A stretch of DNA of 63,582 nt, taken from IMG/VR virus record IMGVR_UViG_3300036846_000316, positions 1 to 63,582 of that record; one strand, 5' to 3'. This stretch comes from a virus. Lineage: Duplodnaviria; Caudoviricetes. Every line of letters begins with the position of its first letter. Within the stretch, counting starts at the first letter, position 1. Below are positions 38,842 to 49,206 of this stretch, in pieces. The notes beneath the pieces were generated by a model. It searched no databases and had not been told where the DNA came from. It saw only the letters and a list, made by a program, of their open reading frames with translations. Position numbers and translations under genes: made by a program.

Positions 38842-41064
38842 TCATGGAGCGCGCTCGAAGACGTTGAACCACGACTGCATGCCCGCCTGTGGTGGCGTCG
38901 TCGAGCCGTTGTTGATCTGGTTCACGCCGAACGACTGTCCACTGTTCGTGCCGATGCGCAGCGTGTAGGTGCGCGCCGTCGTGCCGGGCGATGGGCAACT
39001 CGTCCTGAACGGCAGCGTCTCTTGACACCCCGCGCCATTGATCACGTAGTACCCCGCACAGTCGATCAGCGTGTTGCCGTCGAACAAGGCCAGCATGACG
39101 ATCTGATTGGCGCTGTAGGCGATCCCCTTCACGACAACGTCGAAGTCGATGCGGCTGCCCGCCGACTGCGGCGTGAGATTGATCGTTCCCAGCAGTGCAC
39201 CGCCCGCCGTCGTCGGAGCCGCGCCAGTCGACGTCGGGTAGGCCCCGGTGTAGGTACCACCCGCGAGGGTGTTGTACTGCTTCTGCAGGACGTCGTTACT
39301 GCTGCCCGCCGGTCCCTGCGGTCCCACCGCGCCGACGCCAATCTCGCGGATCGTCATGGTGGTGCGCTGGTTGCCACCGCCCATTTGCGCAGCGTTAGTA
39401 CCGTTCAAATAACCCGCCGCACCCGAAGACCCAAAGCGCAGCATGAACGTGTGCGGGCCTGCCGATAGTACGCCTTGCCAACGAAGGCCGAGTGTGCCGT
39501 TCCAATTCGTGTTCGTAACGATCTGTTCCTGCGCCACCGCGTTGGTCGCGCCGTCAATGAACAGCGCCAACGTCTGCCACGACGCCCCACCCGAGTTGCC
39601 TGCCGACCCCAGAACGGCAACTTCGATGGGGTGCGAAGCGTCCACCGCCGTGAAGGAGCGCGAGAAGACTTGCTGGCCTTGCGTGATCAACGCAGGCGTG
39701 TTGGCGGCACCGCCGAGCCCGGTGTTGTTGTCCAGCAGCAAGGTACCGAGGCTGTCGAACGTCGGGGCCGTAACCGGACCGCCCGTCGGCCCTGGCGGGC
39801 CCTGCGGTCCCACCGCGCCGATGCCGATCTCGCGGATCACCATCGAGTTCTTCTGCGCGCTACCGCCTGTGTGGCCGCCGTCGCTCATGTTGGTGTAGAT
39901 GCCGCTGGTATTCAGCGAGCCCAGCCGCAGCGTGAAGGTGTGCATCCCCGCTGCCAGCGTCCCCTGCCAATACAGCCGGGCTTCAGTCGCTGACCCAGTC
40001 GACGCCGACACCAAGCCTTGCGCGACGGCCGCCGTCGCGCCGTCGACGAACAACCCAATGATGCCGTGCGCTGCGTTGGCGTTCGGCGCTTGCAGCCAAA
40101 CGCTGGCGTCAACCTCGATAGGATGCGTCGCGTCGGTTGCCGTGAAATTACGACTGAAGACTTGCGTCCCATTCGTAATTTGCATGGCGGTGTCGCCGCC
40201 AGCCCAGAAATTCGAGCCGCTGGCAAACCCAGCCGACGACTGGTCGACAGTCGGCGTCGCGACCGCCGGAACCATCGGCCCCGTCGGGCCTACTGGACCT
40301 TGTGCACCTGTCGCGCCTGTCGCGCCTGTCGGGCCCGGCGGTCCGGTGTTGCCAATCGGGCCTTGCGTACCCGTCGCGCCCGTCGCGCCGACTGGACCCT
40401 GTGGGCCAGCCGGACCGACATTCCCCTGATCGCCCTTCGGTCCCTGCGAACCCGTCGCGCCCGTGTTGCCGATGGGACCTTGGACGCCCTGTATGCCCTG
40501 ATCGCCCTTCGGTCCCTGTGGACCGACCGGGCCGACATCGCCCTGTGGTCCCTGTGCACCCGTGTCGCCCTGTGGTCCCTGCGCGCCCGTCGCCCCCGTT
40601 GGTCCGTCAGGGCCCACTGGACCCGGCACGCCTTGGTCCCCTTGCGGTCCCGGCGGACCAACGGGGCCGTCCGGCCCCGGTTGTCCCTGCGGTCCCTGCT
40701 TGCCCGACCCGTAATTCGACAGCACCCACTGGTACGTGTTGCCGTCGTAGAAGTACGTGTACTGCTGCCCGTCGATGGTGCTCCACCACAGATCACCAGC
40801 CAGCGCGCCGCCGGGCGCAACCGCCGAGATCGTCAGGTTCGGCGTGCGCGTGACATCGTTCGGGCCGACCACCGGCACAGGCGGCGGCGGCACGATCTCG
40901 GGGACCACCGGAACAACCGCCACCGCCGACGGCTGGGTCTGCACCCACGTCGAGTTCGACGGGCCGATGTACCAGACGTACTCGCGACCCGTCGTGGTGT
41001 TGAACCAGAGATCGCCATCCGCTGGCGTAGCAGGCGGCGTCGGCGCGTTCGTAACCGTGGGCAT
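38842..41064 (-). CDS. Collagen-like tail fibre with repeated C-terminal domains
   Basis: Long G-X-Y run ([10 protein letters not shown]); GDLWF/GDLWW N-terminal modules. Confidence 0.85.
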   Translation of the reverse strand: MPTVTNAPTPPATPADGDLWFNTTTGREYVWYIGPSNSTWVQTQPSAVAVVPVVPEIVPPPPVPVVGPNDVTRTPNLTISAVAPGGALAGDLWWSTIDGQQYTYFYDGNTYQWVLSNYGSGKQGPQGQPGPDGPVGPPGPQGDQGVPGPVGPDGPTGATGAQGPQGDTGAQGPQGDVGPVGPQGPKGDQGIQGVQGPIGNTGATGSQGPKGDQGNVGPAGPQGPVGATGATGTQGPIGNTGPPGPTGATGATGAQGPVGPTGPMVPAVATPTVDQSSAGFASGSNFWAGGDTAMQITNGTQVFSRNFTATDATHPIEVDASVWLQAPNANAAHGIIGLFVDGATAAVAQGLVSASTGSATEARLYWQGTLAAGMHTFTLRLGSLNTSGIYTNMSDGGHTGGSAQKNSMVIREIGIGAVGPQGPPGPTGGPVTAPTFDSLGTLLLDNNTGLGGAANTPALITQGQQVFSRSFTAVDASHPIEVAVLGSAGNSGGASWQTLALFIDGATNAVAQEQIVTNTNWNGTLGLRWQGVLSAGPHTFMLRFGSSGAAGYLNGTNAAQMGGGNQRTTMTIREIGVGAVGPQGPAGSSNDVLQKQYNTLAGGTYTGAYPTSTGAAPTTAGGALLGTINLTPQSAGSRIDFDVVVKGIAYSANQIVMLALFDGNTLIDCAGYYVINGAGCQETLPFRTSCPSPGTTARTYTLRIGTNSGQSFGVNQINNGSTTPPQAGMQSWFNVFERAP

Positions 41065-41086
41065 CGTCCCTCCATGCGTCGGGGGA

Positions 41087-41103
41087 TCACGCCCGGGGCG
41101 TGA
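41087..41103. repeat. 17-bp palindrome (copy 11), extended to GGGA-...-TCCC
   Basis: Between the major capsid stop and the fibre start. Confidence 0.95.
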
Positions 41104-41125
41104 TCCCTGCGCCGTCAGAGGACCC

Positions 41126-42145
41126 TTAGACCGGCACCGGCTCGGTGATGACCGCCTGCGACAGTGCGATGCCGTCGATCACCTTGTAGCCGAACACCTG
41201 CAGGCCACGGAGCAGCGTGCCGAAGGTAAACTCCGACCGCAGCGTCTCGACCTTGCTGATCTGCGACGCGAAGGTCAGGCCGTGCGCGTGGCCCGCGTAG
41301 ACCACCCACTCGCCCGCCGCCAACGCCGGAGGCCCAGTGACCGGGCCCTTGGGCAGGAGGTTCGACACGTACAGGGTGAAGCGGTCGATCATGCCGAGGC
41401 GACCGTTGCGCAGGATCGACTGGTCGTCGCCCGACAGGTACGCCTGCCGGAGTTCCGACCCCTTGATCAGCGCGGCGGCCCATGCCGGGATCACCACCCA
41501 GCGCCCGGTCTCGGGGATGTTCTGCTCGTCGAGCACCAGCCCCATGCGCAGGATCAACTGCAGGATGGTCACCTGCCCGGCGACCGGCGGGGTCGCCTGA
41601 TTGGCGACAACCGGGATCGGCGTGCCGGTGACACCGAGGTTGATGTTGCCGGAAATCTTGCCTGCGGTCGCGCCTTGGTTCTGCGCGGCGCACTGGCCGA
41701 GGATGCCGAGCAGGACAATCTGGTCGACCTGAATTTTCATCTGCTGGGCGGCGTCGTCGGACCAGATGCCCATCAGGTTGATGTCGCTCTGGATTTCCAT
41801 GACGTCGTCCAAAATCTCGTTGAAGTAGAGACCTTGGTCGATCTTGAGATCGACGATGTTGGACGCGGGCCGGTCGACCGAAAGCTGACCGCCGACCAGA
41901 TACGGCCGGATGGTGATCGTCGGCTTCGTGCGAATGTGAACGGTGTCGCCTTGGTTCTTGATCTCGCCTTCGTAGTCGGTGTTCGAGATCGCGGCGAGGA
42001 CGGTCGAAGCGTAGAACTTCTCGATCAGCTTGCCCGACCAAATCTCGGGAATGAACGTGCCGGAGTACGGCGGGTTCGGCTGTACTGAGCCTGTCGGGAA
42101 GATAGGCGGAACAGTGCCGGAACCAGCGAGCGGATAGCCTGCCAT
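41126..42145 (-). CDS. Major capsid protein
   Basis: [15 protein letters not shown]...[10 protein letters not shown]...GDTVHIR; [10 protein letters not shown]; follows scaffold. Confidence 0.9.
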   Translation of the reverse strand: MAGYPLAGSGTVPPIFPTGSVQPNPPYSGTFIPEIWSGKLIEKFYASTVLAAISNTDYEGEIKNQGDTVHIRTKPTITIRPYLVGGQLSVDRPASNIVDLKIDQGLYFNEILDDVMEIQSDINLMGIWSDDAAQQMKIQVDQIVLLGILGQCAAQNQGATAGKISGNINLGVTGTPIPVVANQATPPVAGQVTILQLILRMGLVLDEQNIPETGRWVVIPAWAAALIKGSELRQAYLSGDDQSILRNGRLGMIDRFTLYVSNLLPKGPVTGPPALAAGEWVVYAGHAHGLTFASQISKVETLRSEFTFGTLLRGLQVFGYKVIDGIALSQAVITEPVPV

Positions 42146-42185
42146 CGTGCGCTCCTAAGGGTTGGCCGATCCAACCCCTGAGCGG

Positions 42186-43316
42186 CTATCGGTTGCCGTT
42201 CCAGTCCATGGGGCGGACCGTGCGTTGATCAGGAATGATCCGCCCTTCGTGCTGTGCAGCGATGATGTCGGCGTCGATGGCTGCCCTGTCTGCCTCGCGC
42301 GTCCGCCACTTCCCTGCAGCACACTCGGTGTAGAACCGAGAAATGTCTTGGGCGGTGTACATCGGCTTATCGGCGGGCATCTGCGCGCTCGACTGGGCTC
42401 TGCCGGGAGCCGCGAGTTGATCCAGCGACAGGCGCGTCCCCAGTGGCACCCCGGGCACCGCAGGCGGCATTCCCGGCTGCGGCGATGCAGGGTACGGCTG
42501 CTGGGGCGGGCGTGCGCTGGCACGCGGGTCGACGGCAGCCTCCTCTGCAAGATAAGCCCGGAAGAACGCCGCCACCCGATGGGCGTCACCGCTGTTCCAC
42601 GCGTCTTGCATCAACTGTTGACGCATAGCACCGGAAAAGAGATCAGGCAACTGGACCCATTGCACGAAGCGGGGGTCTCTGTTCAGGTCCTGCCAATTGG
42701 GCACGAGACCGCCAACGGTGGCGTTCATGCGCGTCAGGAAGGCGTTGCCGGTCTCCTGCTGGACATGGCCCAGCCGACCGCGCAGTTCCTGCACTTCGGC
42801 ATGCAGCGGCGCGGCGATCTCGGTCGCGGCGCGGCGCACCACGTCGATGAACTCGGGGCCATAGTCCTGCATCTCCTGCTCGGTGAGCAGGTTGCCCATC
42901 GGCATCGGCTGCGCAGGCGGCGGCGTACTGCGCAGCGTCGCGTTCTCGCTCTGCAGATGCTGCATCTGGTCGCCCATCTGCGCCATCATTTGCTCAGCGC
43001 GCTGGAAACGTCCCTGCATAGCGAGAAAGCGGTTGCGCCATTCCTCGGGCGGAAGCTCGGGTTCAGGAGGAGCCGCCGCAGACGGTGTGGGAGGGGCCGA
43101 CGGGGGTAACGCCGGAGGAGCCTGCGGCGGCGTAGGTGCGCCCTGTTCAGTAGGTTCGAGCACAGACGGTTCGGCCTGCCCGACCAAAGCCTGCTGCACG
43201 ATCTCAGCACGCTTGCTCGCATCGCGCACAGCCTTGGGAACGACAAGGTTGGGATCGACCTGAGCCATCGGGCCCTTGCCGCGAAGTGTCTCAGCCGAAA
43301 TGGGCGTGTCTGCCAT
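42186..43316 (-). CDS. Capsid scaffolding protein
   Basis: Coiled coil plus Pro-rich segments, C-terminal AQHEGRI; between portal and capsid. Confidence 0.7.
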   Translation of the reverse strand: MADTPISAETLRGKGPMAQVDPNLVVPKAVRDASKRAEIVQQALVGQAEPSVLEPTEQGAPTPPQAPPALPPSAPPTPSAAAPPEPELPPEEWRNRFLAMQGRFQRAEQMMAQMGDQMQHLQSENATLRSTPPPAQPMPMGNLLTEQEMQDYGPEFIDVVRRAATEIAAPLHAEVQELRGRLGHVQQETGNAFLTRMNATVGGLVPNWQDLNRDPRFVQWVQLPDLFSGAMRQQLMQDAWNSGDAHRVAAFFRAYLAEEAAVDPRASARPPQQPYPASPQPGMPPAVPGVPLGTRLSLDQLAAPGRAQSSAQMPADKPMYTAQDISRFYTECAAGKWRTREADRAAIDADIIAAQHEGRIIPDQRTVRPMDWNGNR

Positions 43317-43324
43317 ATAATCCC

Positions 43325-43567
43325 CTAGCGTTTCTCGTAATTCTTGCGCTGTTCCATGCAGTTCACAAGCCGGTCGCGGATCGAAATCGCAAGGTTCGTC
43401 CGACCCTGCGCGCCCATGATCCCTTCGGTCCCTGCCGCCAACAGCCCCTTGGTTTCCTTGTCGGTCACCAGTTGAACCGCCCTCACCAGTGCCTCGAACT
43501 GGTCAGGTGCAGCGACCTTGAGGTTCGAGGCGGCGATGGTCAGATGAAACCAAGGATCGTCGCTCAT
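43325..43567 (-). CDS. Hypothetical protein (portal-scaffold interval)
   Basis: Coupled; AQGR motif. Confidence 0.6.
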   Translation of the reverse strand: MSDDPWFHLTIAASNLKVAAPDQFEALVRAVQLVTDKETKGLLAAGTEGIMGAQGRTNLAISIRDRLVNCMEQRKNYEKR

Positions 43568-43776
43568 CGCACTCGCGTGCCGCGCAAGCCCATCTGGATC
43601 AACTGCGGATAGGTCTGCGGCGCGGTCAGTCCGTCCGGCGTCAGCCGCGCCAGATCGAGCACGGTCGGCGGCGGGTTGCCGGGCTGCGGCTTGGTCAACT
43701 GGTTCATGGCTGCCCGGTTCGGCAGCATCACTTCCTTGCCGGGCTTGCCCTTGTTGCGGTTCGGCAATCTGATCAT
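43564..43776 (-). CDS. Hypothetical protein
   Basis: MIRLPNR..., coupled at both ends. Confidence 0.55.
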   Translation of the reverse strand: MIRLPNRNKGKPGKEVMLPNRAAMNQLTKPQPGNPPPTVLDLARLTPDGLTAPQTYPQLIQMGLRGTRVR

Positions 43777-44048
43777 CAGAACGTCTTCGTCGAGATGACC
43801 TTGCCGCCCTTGCAGAAGTCCTGCGTCGGCAGCCCGGTGCCCATCGGCGCGGACGAGCGCGGCGGGCGCTTCATCGCCATGGGGTCGCCGCTTGCCGCGC
43901 CGAACGGTGAGGACGCGGCGGTCGCCGACTTGTTCGGCGCGTCGGCCGCCTTGCCGATCCCGCCGAAGTTCTTGCTCCCGGCGGGGCTTGCACGGCCGAC
44001 CAGCGCGGGCAGCTTGGGCGGGGTCGTGCTGAGACGAGGCGGGCGCAT
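43776..44048 (-). CDS. Small basic disordered protein with C-terminal FCKGGKV
   Basis: MRPPRL..., coupled TGATG. Confidence 0.6.
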   Translation of the reverse strand: MRPPRLSTTPPKLPALVGRASPAGSKNFGGIGKAADAPNKSATAASSPFGAASGDPMAMKRPPRSSAPMGTGLPTQDFCKGGKVISTKTF

Positions 44049-44407
44049 CAGCCGCCATCCGGTCCGGTGCAGCCCGGCCGCGAAGGACGACTGCCGCGAT
44101 TGCCGAACATCTTGGTGGTCCCGCCGTGCGCGAAGCCGTCTTGTCGCGCGCCAGTCACCGCCGACCCACCGGGCTCTTGCGGACCCGCACCGAACGAGTT
44201 CTTCGCCTCGTTCTTGCTGTAGCCCATCACGCCGCTCGGCCCCGCCTGCGGCTCGATGCTCGTGCGCGAGCCCGAGTGGCCCTCCTGCGACGTGCGGTCC
44301 GGCGTCTGGGTGCCGGTCGGCGCAAAGCCGTGCATCTTGTTGCTGCCCCCGAGCTTGCCCCAGTTGGCACCCTTCTCCGGCGACTTCTTGTTCGCAACCA
44401 TCATCAC
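44048..44407 (-). CDS. Small basic disordered protein with FAHGG
   Basis: GGAGG RBS; coupled. Confidence 0.6.
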   Translation of the reverse strand: MMMVANKKSPEKGANWGKLGGSNKMHGFAPTGTQTPDRTSQEGHSGSRTSIEPQAGPSGVMGYSKNEAKNSFGAGPQEPGGSAVTGARQDGFAHGGTTKMFGNRGSRPSRPGCTGPDGG

Positions 44408-44664
44408 CTCCGTTTGAACAGGTTGTCGTGTGACACGCTGCCCGACCGGGGCAGTGCAGACCCACCGGAAGCGAACGGGTTCGGTCTGATCTTGCCGCCC
44501 TTTCGGTGGTAGTACTCGCCGGGCCCCGGCTTGTCGCGCCCGGCGTAGTCGTCGATCATCGCATCGGGCACCTGCAGGAACTTGGCCCGAACCTCAGGGT
44601 TCGGGCTCTCGTAGACCTTCTCGCCGTGGCCGATGTCCGACACGGTATACGGGTTCTTTGCCAT
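44404..44664 (-). CDS. Small protein with RKGGKI...FASGG
   Basis: AGGAG RBS directly after the portal gene. Confidence 0.65.
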   Translation of the reverse strand: MAKNPYTVSDIGHGEKVYESPNPEVRAKFLQVPDAMIDDYAGRDKPGPGEYYHRKGGKIRPNPFASGGSALPRSGSVSHDNLFKRR

Positions 44665-44673
44665 CGCTCGCTC

Positions 44674-46920
44674 CTACGGTCCGGCCGTCCGTCGACCGAC
44701 AAGGTTCGTCCGTGGTCCCATGTCCTGTGACGATCTCTGCGGGGCCTGTCCACCCCCCGCGCCACCCGGGCCTGCAGGCGGTGGTCCGGCGGCACGCCGC
44801 TGGCCACCACCCGGCGGTCCACCCGGTGGCGCACCCGGTGGAGGCGGCGGCTGCTGCGTCGCACCGGGCATGCCCTGCTGCTGCGCCGACGCTTCCGCCT
44901 GCTTCTGCTGGGCTTCCATCTCGTCCTCGCTGGGCACGATCTCCTCGCCGTCGAGGCCGATGCCGGTCGAGACCGCGCGCAGCACGGCAGCGCGTCCCTT
45001 CGGGCCAATGATCTGCATGTCGATGGGGTTCCCGGTCAGTTGCAAGAACTCAAGCTGGCGCTGACGCATCGTCTCGCGCTGGACGGCGACGGCGACGCCC
45101 TTGGGCACCACCTCCTCTTCGCCGGTCAGCAACCCTGAACTATCGGTCATCAGCACGAGGTCGAGGAGATCGCGCAGCAGCGGGTCCATCACGTCGTCGT
45201 CTATGTTCGCACAGACCGTCTGTAGTATTTTCGACGCGTTGCCCATGAGCATGGCAAGACCCGACGCCGTGCGCCCAGCGCCTCCACCCGGCGAGTTACC
45301 CGAAAGGTATTTCGGAATGGCTGAGACGTCGTCCGCAAGACCATAGAAAGCATTGAACACCCCCAGCAGTTCTTGCGCGTTCGACTGCGGCTGGAAGAAG
45401 TCGATGGCCTTCTCGGTCGAGCCCGCCACCGCCGGGTTGGTCGTACGCCAGCGCTTCCACGGGTACATCTCGTCGGCGTTCTCTTGCCCCGCCAGACGGT
45501 CCTCGTTGACCACCACCTGTGGGCCGGACGCGATGGACATGTTGTTCACCACGGCGCGCAGCGTCGCGTTACAGACCTCTTGCAGGTCGCTGATGATGTC
45601 GGGAATGCCGTTGCCGATGGGCGACCCGGGCTGCTTCTCGAAACTGGTCACGTAGAACGGCTTGCGGCGGCGCGGGTTGGGATTGAGTTGTACCTTGATC
45701 AGGTACTGGCCGATCAGCCACGCCTGCACGGCGTAGTCGCGCAACGGGTCGGGGATTTGCTGTGGCGAGAAGCCGTAGTCCATCAGCATCCGCCCCTGCA
45801 CGTTGCCGTTGAACTCCAGCGTCGTGATCAAGTTGGACTGGTTCATCACCGGGTTTTCCCGGTTCTCCATGATGGCCCGAGAAGCATCCGTGCTGTCCCA
45901 ATTCTCGTTGAGCCCAGCGGTACCATAGAACTGCAGCACGGCGCGGATGTTCTCGGTGTTGTACCCCGGCATGCCGATCACATCATTCAGATCGGTGCGG
46001 GTGACCCGGAGACGGTGGATCATCTCGGCCGCCTCGATGTGCGTGACGCCGGGTGTCCACCAGATATCAAATGGGGAGACGCGTTCCCACCACAGCTTGG
46101 CCCGCCGGGTCTGGGTCGGCTGGTTGCCCTGCCATGTGATGTCGGTGACCATGCGCACCGTCGGCCCTTTGATGCAGGCGAACGGGTAGCTCGGGATGTC
46201 GATCAGCAATTCGGCGAGCGCGGTGTAGAAATTCCCCTGCACGAGGATTTCGTCGATCTTGTCCTCGGCGATCAGGGTCTGCTCGTGCGCATGCTTCTTG
46301 GCCGCCTGCCGCGCTGCCTCCATCAACTGGAACACGCGCTTCTGGATCACCGTCGGATCGGGCGGCGTACCGGGCACCGGAGGCACGGGCGGCACGCCGG
46401 GCGATTGGCCGGTCGGGTCGGGCGCGCCGGGGAAGCCGGGTGCGCCGATGGCCGCCGACTGCGCTTCCAAGGTCACCATCTTCTCGATGCTGGTCAGCGC
46501 CTCGCTGGGAATGGTCGGGTCCGAAGGCTCCTGCAGCCCCCACGCGCGGTCGGCCCCGAGGTAGACGTCACGCAAGAGGGACGTCGCTCCCCGGCACTTC
46601 GCTGCGATCAGGCGCGCGTAGACTTCGGACCCGCCAAACTTCCTGATCTCAGCCAACTTCTGCGGCTCGTACACGCCTTGCATGGCGCGCAGGCTGGACA
46701 GCAGCCGATCTGTCCAGCCGTTCACCGTATTGCGATGGCGCACCATCATGTCCCACTGCTGCCGAATGTAGCCAGCGAGACCGATGAATTGGGTGGTGTT
46801 GGGGAGTAGCTGGCGTTGCTGTTCCTGCTCGCGCCGCTCGGCCGCCATCATCTCGGCGTTGGACATAGTCCGAACGAGACCCGGCTGCTGCTGGCGCGGG
46901 AACGGCACGAGGTCAGCCAT
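44674..46920 (-). CDS. Portal protein
   Basis: 748 aa; RVSPFD, G.GIP.II.DLQ..CNA, GAGRTASGLAMLM; first gene of the head module. Confidence 0.88.
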   Translation of the reverse strand: MADLVPFPRQQQPGLVRTMSNAEMMAAERREQEQQRQLLPNTTQFIGLAGYIRQQWDMMVRHRNTVNGWTDRLLSSLRAMQGVYEPQKLAEIRKFGGSEVYARLIAAKCRGATSLLRDVYLGADRAWGLQEPSDPTIPSEALTSIEKMVTLEAQSAAIGAPGFPGAPDPTGQSPGVPPVPPVPGTPPDPTVIQKRVFQLMEAARQAAKKHAHEQTLIAEDKIDEILVQGNFYTALAELLIDIPSYPFACIKGPTVRMVTDITWQGNQPTQTRRAKLWWERVSPFDIWWTPGVTHIEAAEMIHRLRVTRTDLNDVIGMPGYNTENIRAVLQFYGTAGLNENWDSTDASRAIMENRENPVMNQSNLITTLEFNGNVQGRMLMDYGFSPQQIPDPLRDYAVQAWLIGQYLIKVQLNPNPRRRKPFYVTSFEKQPGSPIGNGIPDIISDLQEVCNATLRAVVNNMSIASGPQVVVNEDRLAGQENADEMYPWKRWRTTNPAVAGSTEKAIDFFQPQSNAQELLGVFNAFYGLADDVSAIPKYLSGNSPGGGAGRTASGLAMLMGNASKILQTVCANIDDDVMDPLLRDLLDLVLMTDSSGLLTGEEEVVPKGVAVAVQRETMRQRQLEFLQLTGNPIDMQIIGPKGRAAVLRAVSTGIGLDGEEIVPSEDEMEAQQKQAEASAQQQGMPGATQQPPPPPGAPPGGPPGGGQRRAAGPPPAGPGGAGGGQAPQRSSQDMGPRTNLVGRRTAGP

Positions 46921-46968
46921 CGCTACATCCTGTAGAACTATCCCCTACAGCCTACTAAGGTAATTGAC

Positions 46969-47478
46969 ATGTCGGAACAAAACAATCCCGTCGAGACCCC
47001 AGTGAACGTCGAGTTGCTGGCCTCCCGGTTGGCTCGCGAGATCGCCCGCGACCTGATCCCGCTCGACCAGATTTGCGAGCGCTACAGCGTCGATGAGGAG
47101 ACCTACCAGCGCATCCTGCGCCACCCGCTGTTCCAGCAGCGGCTGCAGGAGGAGACCGATATCTGGAACGCCTCGACGCCGCGCGCCATCACAGAGCGGA
47201 TCAGCGCCAAGGCCGCGACCATGATCGAAGAGAGCCTGATCGAGGTCTACGAACTGGTGCACGACAAGAACCAGCCGATGTCGGCCAAGATCGAGGCGCT
47301 GAAGTGGGCGTCGAAGTTGGCGGGCGTCGGCGAGCGCGAAGCCAAGGACATGCTGCCGGGCGAGCGCGTGCGCTTCAACATCTACATCGGCGACAAGAAG
47401 GTCAGCCTCGAAAAGGAAGTCGTGCCGACGACCATCGAAGGCAGTGCCATTCTAGTGGATAAAGACCCTTCACTTTAA
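46969..47478 (+). CDS. Terminase small subunit (putative)
   Basis: N-terminal HTH-like region, helical core, C-terminal FNIYIG strand; directly upstream of TerL. Confidence 0.7.
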   Translation: MSEQNNPVETPVNVELLASRLAREIARDLIPLDQICERYSVDEETYQRILRHPLFQQRLQEETDIWNASTPRAITERISAKAATMIEESLIEVYELVHDKNQPMSAKIEALKWASKLAGVGEREAKDMLPGERVRFNIYIGDKKVSLEKEVVPTTIEGSAILVDKDPSL

Positions 47479-47479
47479 G

Positions 47480-47496
47480 TCACGCCCCGGGCGTGA
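47480..47496. repeat. 17-bp palindrome (copy 12)
   Basis: Exact; between the TerS stop and the TerL RBS. Confidence 0.95.
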
Positions 47497-47511
47497 CATC
47501 GGAGTTTCCAT

Positions 47512-48951
47512 TTGGACATCAACTATCATGCCCCACCGACCGTCTCGCAGTTCATGCAGTCGGAGGCGTTCTTCCGGCTGATCGCCGGGCCAGTTGGTTC
47601 AGGAAAGACAACGGGTCTAATCTTTGAACTGATGCGGCGGGCGCTGACCCAAGGCACGTCGCTTGACGGCTTCCGCTACACCCGCTTCGCTCTCCTGCGC
47701 CAGACGCTGCAGCAGTTGAAGCAGACCGTGCTCAAGGACATCAGCCACTGGTTCTCTGGGATTGCGCACTGGAAGGTGTCCGAGAGCACGATCTACTTCA
47801 ACTTCGGCGACGTCCGGTCGGAATGGATACTTCTGCCGCTGGAGGAGCCCGAGGACCGCAGGCGGTTGCTGTCGATGAACCTGACCGGCGCGCTGGTCTC
47901 GGAGTGCATCGAGATCGACTACGATTTGATGGACGACGTCGCCGGTCGCTGCGGTCGCTACCCGATGGCCACCGATGGCGGTCCGACATGGTTCGGCATC
48001 ATCGCCGACACCAACATGCCGCCGGAAGGCACACCATGGCATAGCGCCATGGTGGTCCCCCCGGTAGACTGGGAGGTCTTCACGCAGCCGGGAGGTCTGA
48101 CCCCCAATGCGGAAAATCTCGACTGGCTTGTCCAGACGGCGGAGACGCTACGACTTCCTATCGGCCATCCTGAACGCCACGCCCAAGGGCGGCGCTACTA
48201 CGAGCGGCTGGCGCGGTCGAACAACCAGAATTGGGTCAAGCGCTACGTCCACGCCGAGTTCGGCCCTGATCCGTCCGGCACCGCCGTCTACGCCGGATCG
48301 TTCCGCATAAAGTTCCACGCCGTCGACAATCTGGAGCCGCACCCCAACACCACGCTGTACATCGGGCAGGACTTCGGCCGCGACCCGTGGTCGATCATCA
48401 TGCAGTTGGACTATCGCGGTCGGCTGCTGGTGCTGGAGGAAGTGCCCGCCGAGGACATCGGCCTGCGTACTCATCTGCGCACCAACCTCCGGCCCAAGCT
48501 GGCTGACCCGCGCTACCAGAACCGCCCGGTCGTCGTGATCGGCGATCCGGCGGGCGTTGCGAAAAGTCAATATGACGAGGTCAACGCCTTCGACGTCCTG
48601 AAGCAGGAGGGATTTGCGTGCGTCCCAGCCGGTACAAACGATATCGACACGAGGCTGCGCACCGTCGAGGAATGGCTGCTGCAGCAGCGCGATGGTGGTG
48701 CCGCCATGGTGTTCGACAAGACCCGCTGCCCCACGCTCGTGCACGCCATGAACGGCATGTACCGCTACAGCAAGACCAACCTCGATGTGTCGAAGCCGCT
48801 GCCCGACAAGAACCGCTGGTCGCACCCGGCTGATGCGCACCAGTACGGCGTTCTAGGAACGAAGGGCAACACGGCGCGATCCATCGCCCGGCTGGTCGCC
48901 GGACGTCGGCCGCGCAACGGTCAGCGTGTCTCGGCGGCCGGGTGGACGTGA
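47512..48951 (+). CDS. Terminase large subunit
   Basis: GPVGSGKT Walker A, DTNMP, IGQDFGR nuclease Asp, SHPADAHQY; TTG start with GGAG RBS. Confidence 0.92.
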   Translation: MDINYHAPPTVSQFMQSEAFFRLIAGPVGSGKTTGLIFELMRRALTQGTSLDGFRYTRFALLRQTLQQLKQTVLKDISHWFSGIAHWKVSESTIYFNFGDVRSEWILLPLEEPEDRRRLLSMNLTGALVSECIEIDYDLMDDVAGRCGRYPMATDGGPTWFGIIADTNMPPEGTPWHSAMVVPPVDWEVFTQPGGLTPNAENLDWLVQTAETLRLPIGHPERHAQGRRYYERLARSNNQNWVKRYVHAEFGPDPSGTAVYAGSFRIKFHAVDNLEPHPNTTLYIGQDFGRDPWSIIMQLDYRGRLLVLEEVPAEDIGLRTHLRTNLRPKLADPRYQNRPVVVIGDPAGVAKSQYDEVNAFDVLKQEGFACVPAGTNDIDTRLRTVEEWLLQQRDGGAAMVFDKTRCPTLVHAMNGMYRYSKTNLDVSKPLPDKNRWSHPADAHQYGVLGTKGNTARSIARLVAGRRPRNGQRVSAAGWT

Positions 48952-49206
48952 CTTCTCCTCGGCGACCACCTGATCGTACCAATCCTGATTGCCCACGACC
49001 CAGCGCGGGATGCCGCTCATCTCGATCAACTGCTTCTCCAACCGCTCCATCAGTTGCAGCATCTGCTGCGTCGGCAGGTCGAACGGACGGTCAGGCGTCG
49101 GGATGATCAGCTTCGGCGGCTTGACGATGAAGAACGACTTGGGCGGCGGCACAATCAGTGCCGCCGCCGCGCCGAAACAGAAGAACCGCCGTGATACGTC
49201 GATCAT
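48853..49206 (-). CDS. Hypothetical protein with twin-arginine-like N-terminus
   Basis: MIDVSRRFFCFGAAAALIV; overlaps the TerL 3' end. Confidence 0.5.
   Translation of the reverse strand: MIDVSRRFFCFGAAAALIVPPPKSFFIVKPPKLIIPTPDRPFDLPTQQMLQLMERLEKQLIEMSGIPRWVVGNQDWYDQVVAEEKSRPPGRRDTLTVARPTSGDQPGDGSRRVALRS

Noticed and set aside
38842-40260. Fibre repeats as a diversity-generating retroelement TR/VR pair
   Set aside because: No reverse transcriptase is recognisable and both repeats are in-frame domains of one gene.
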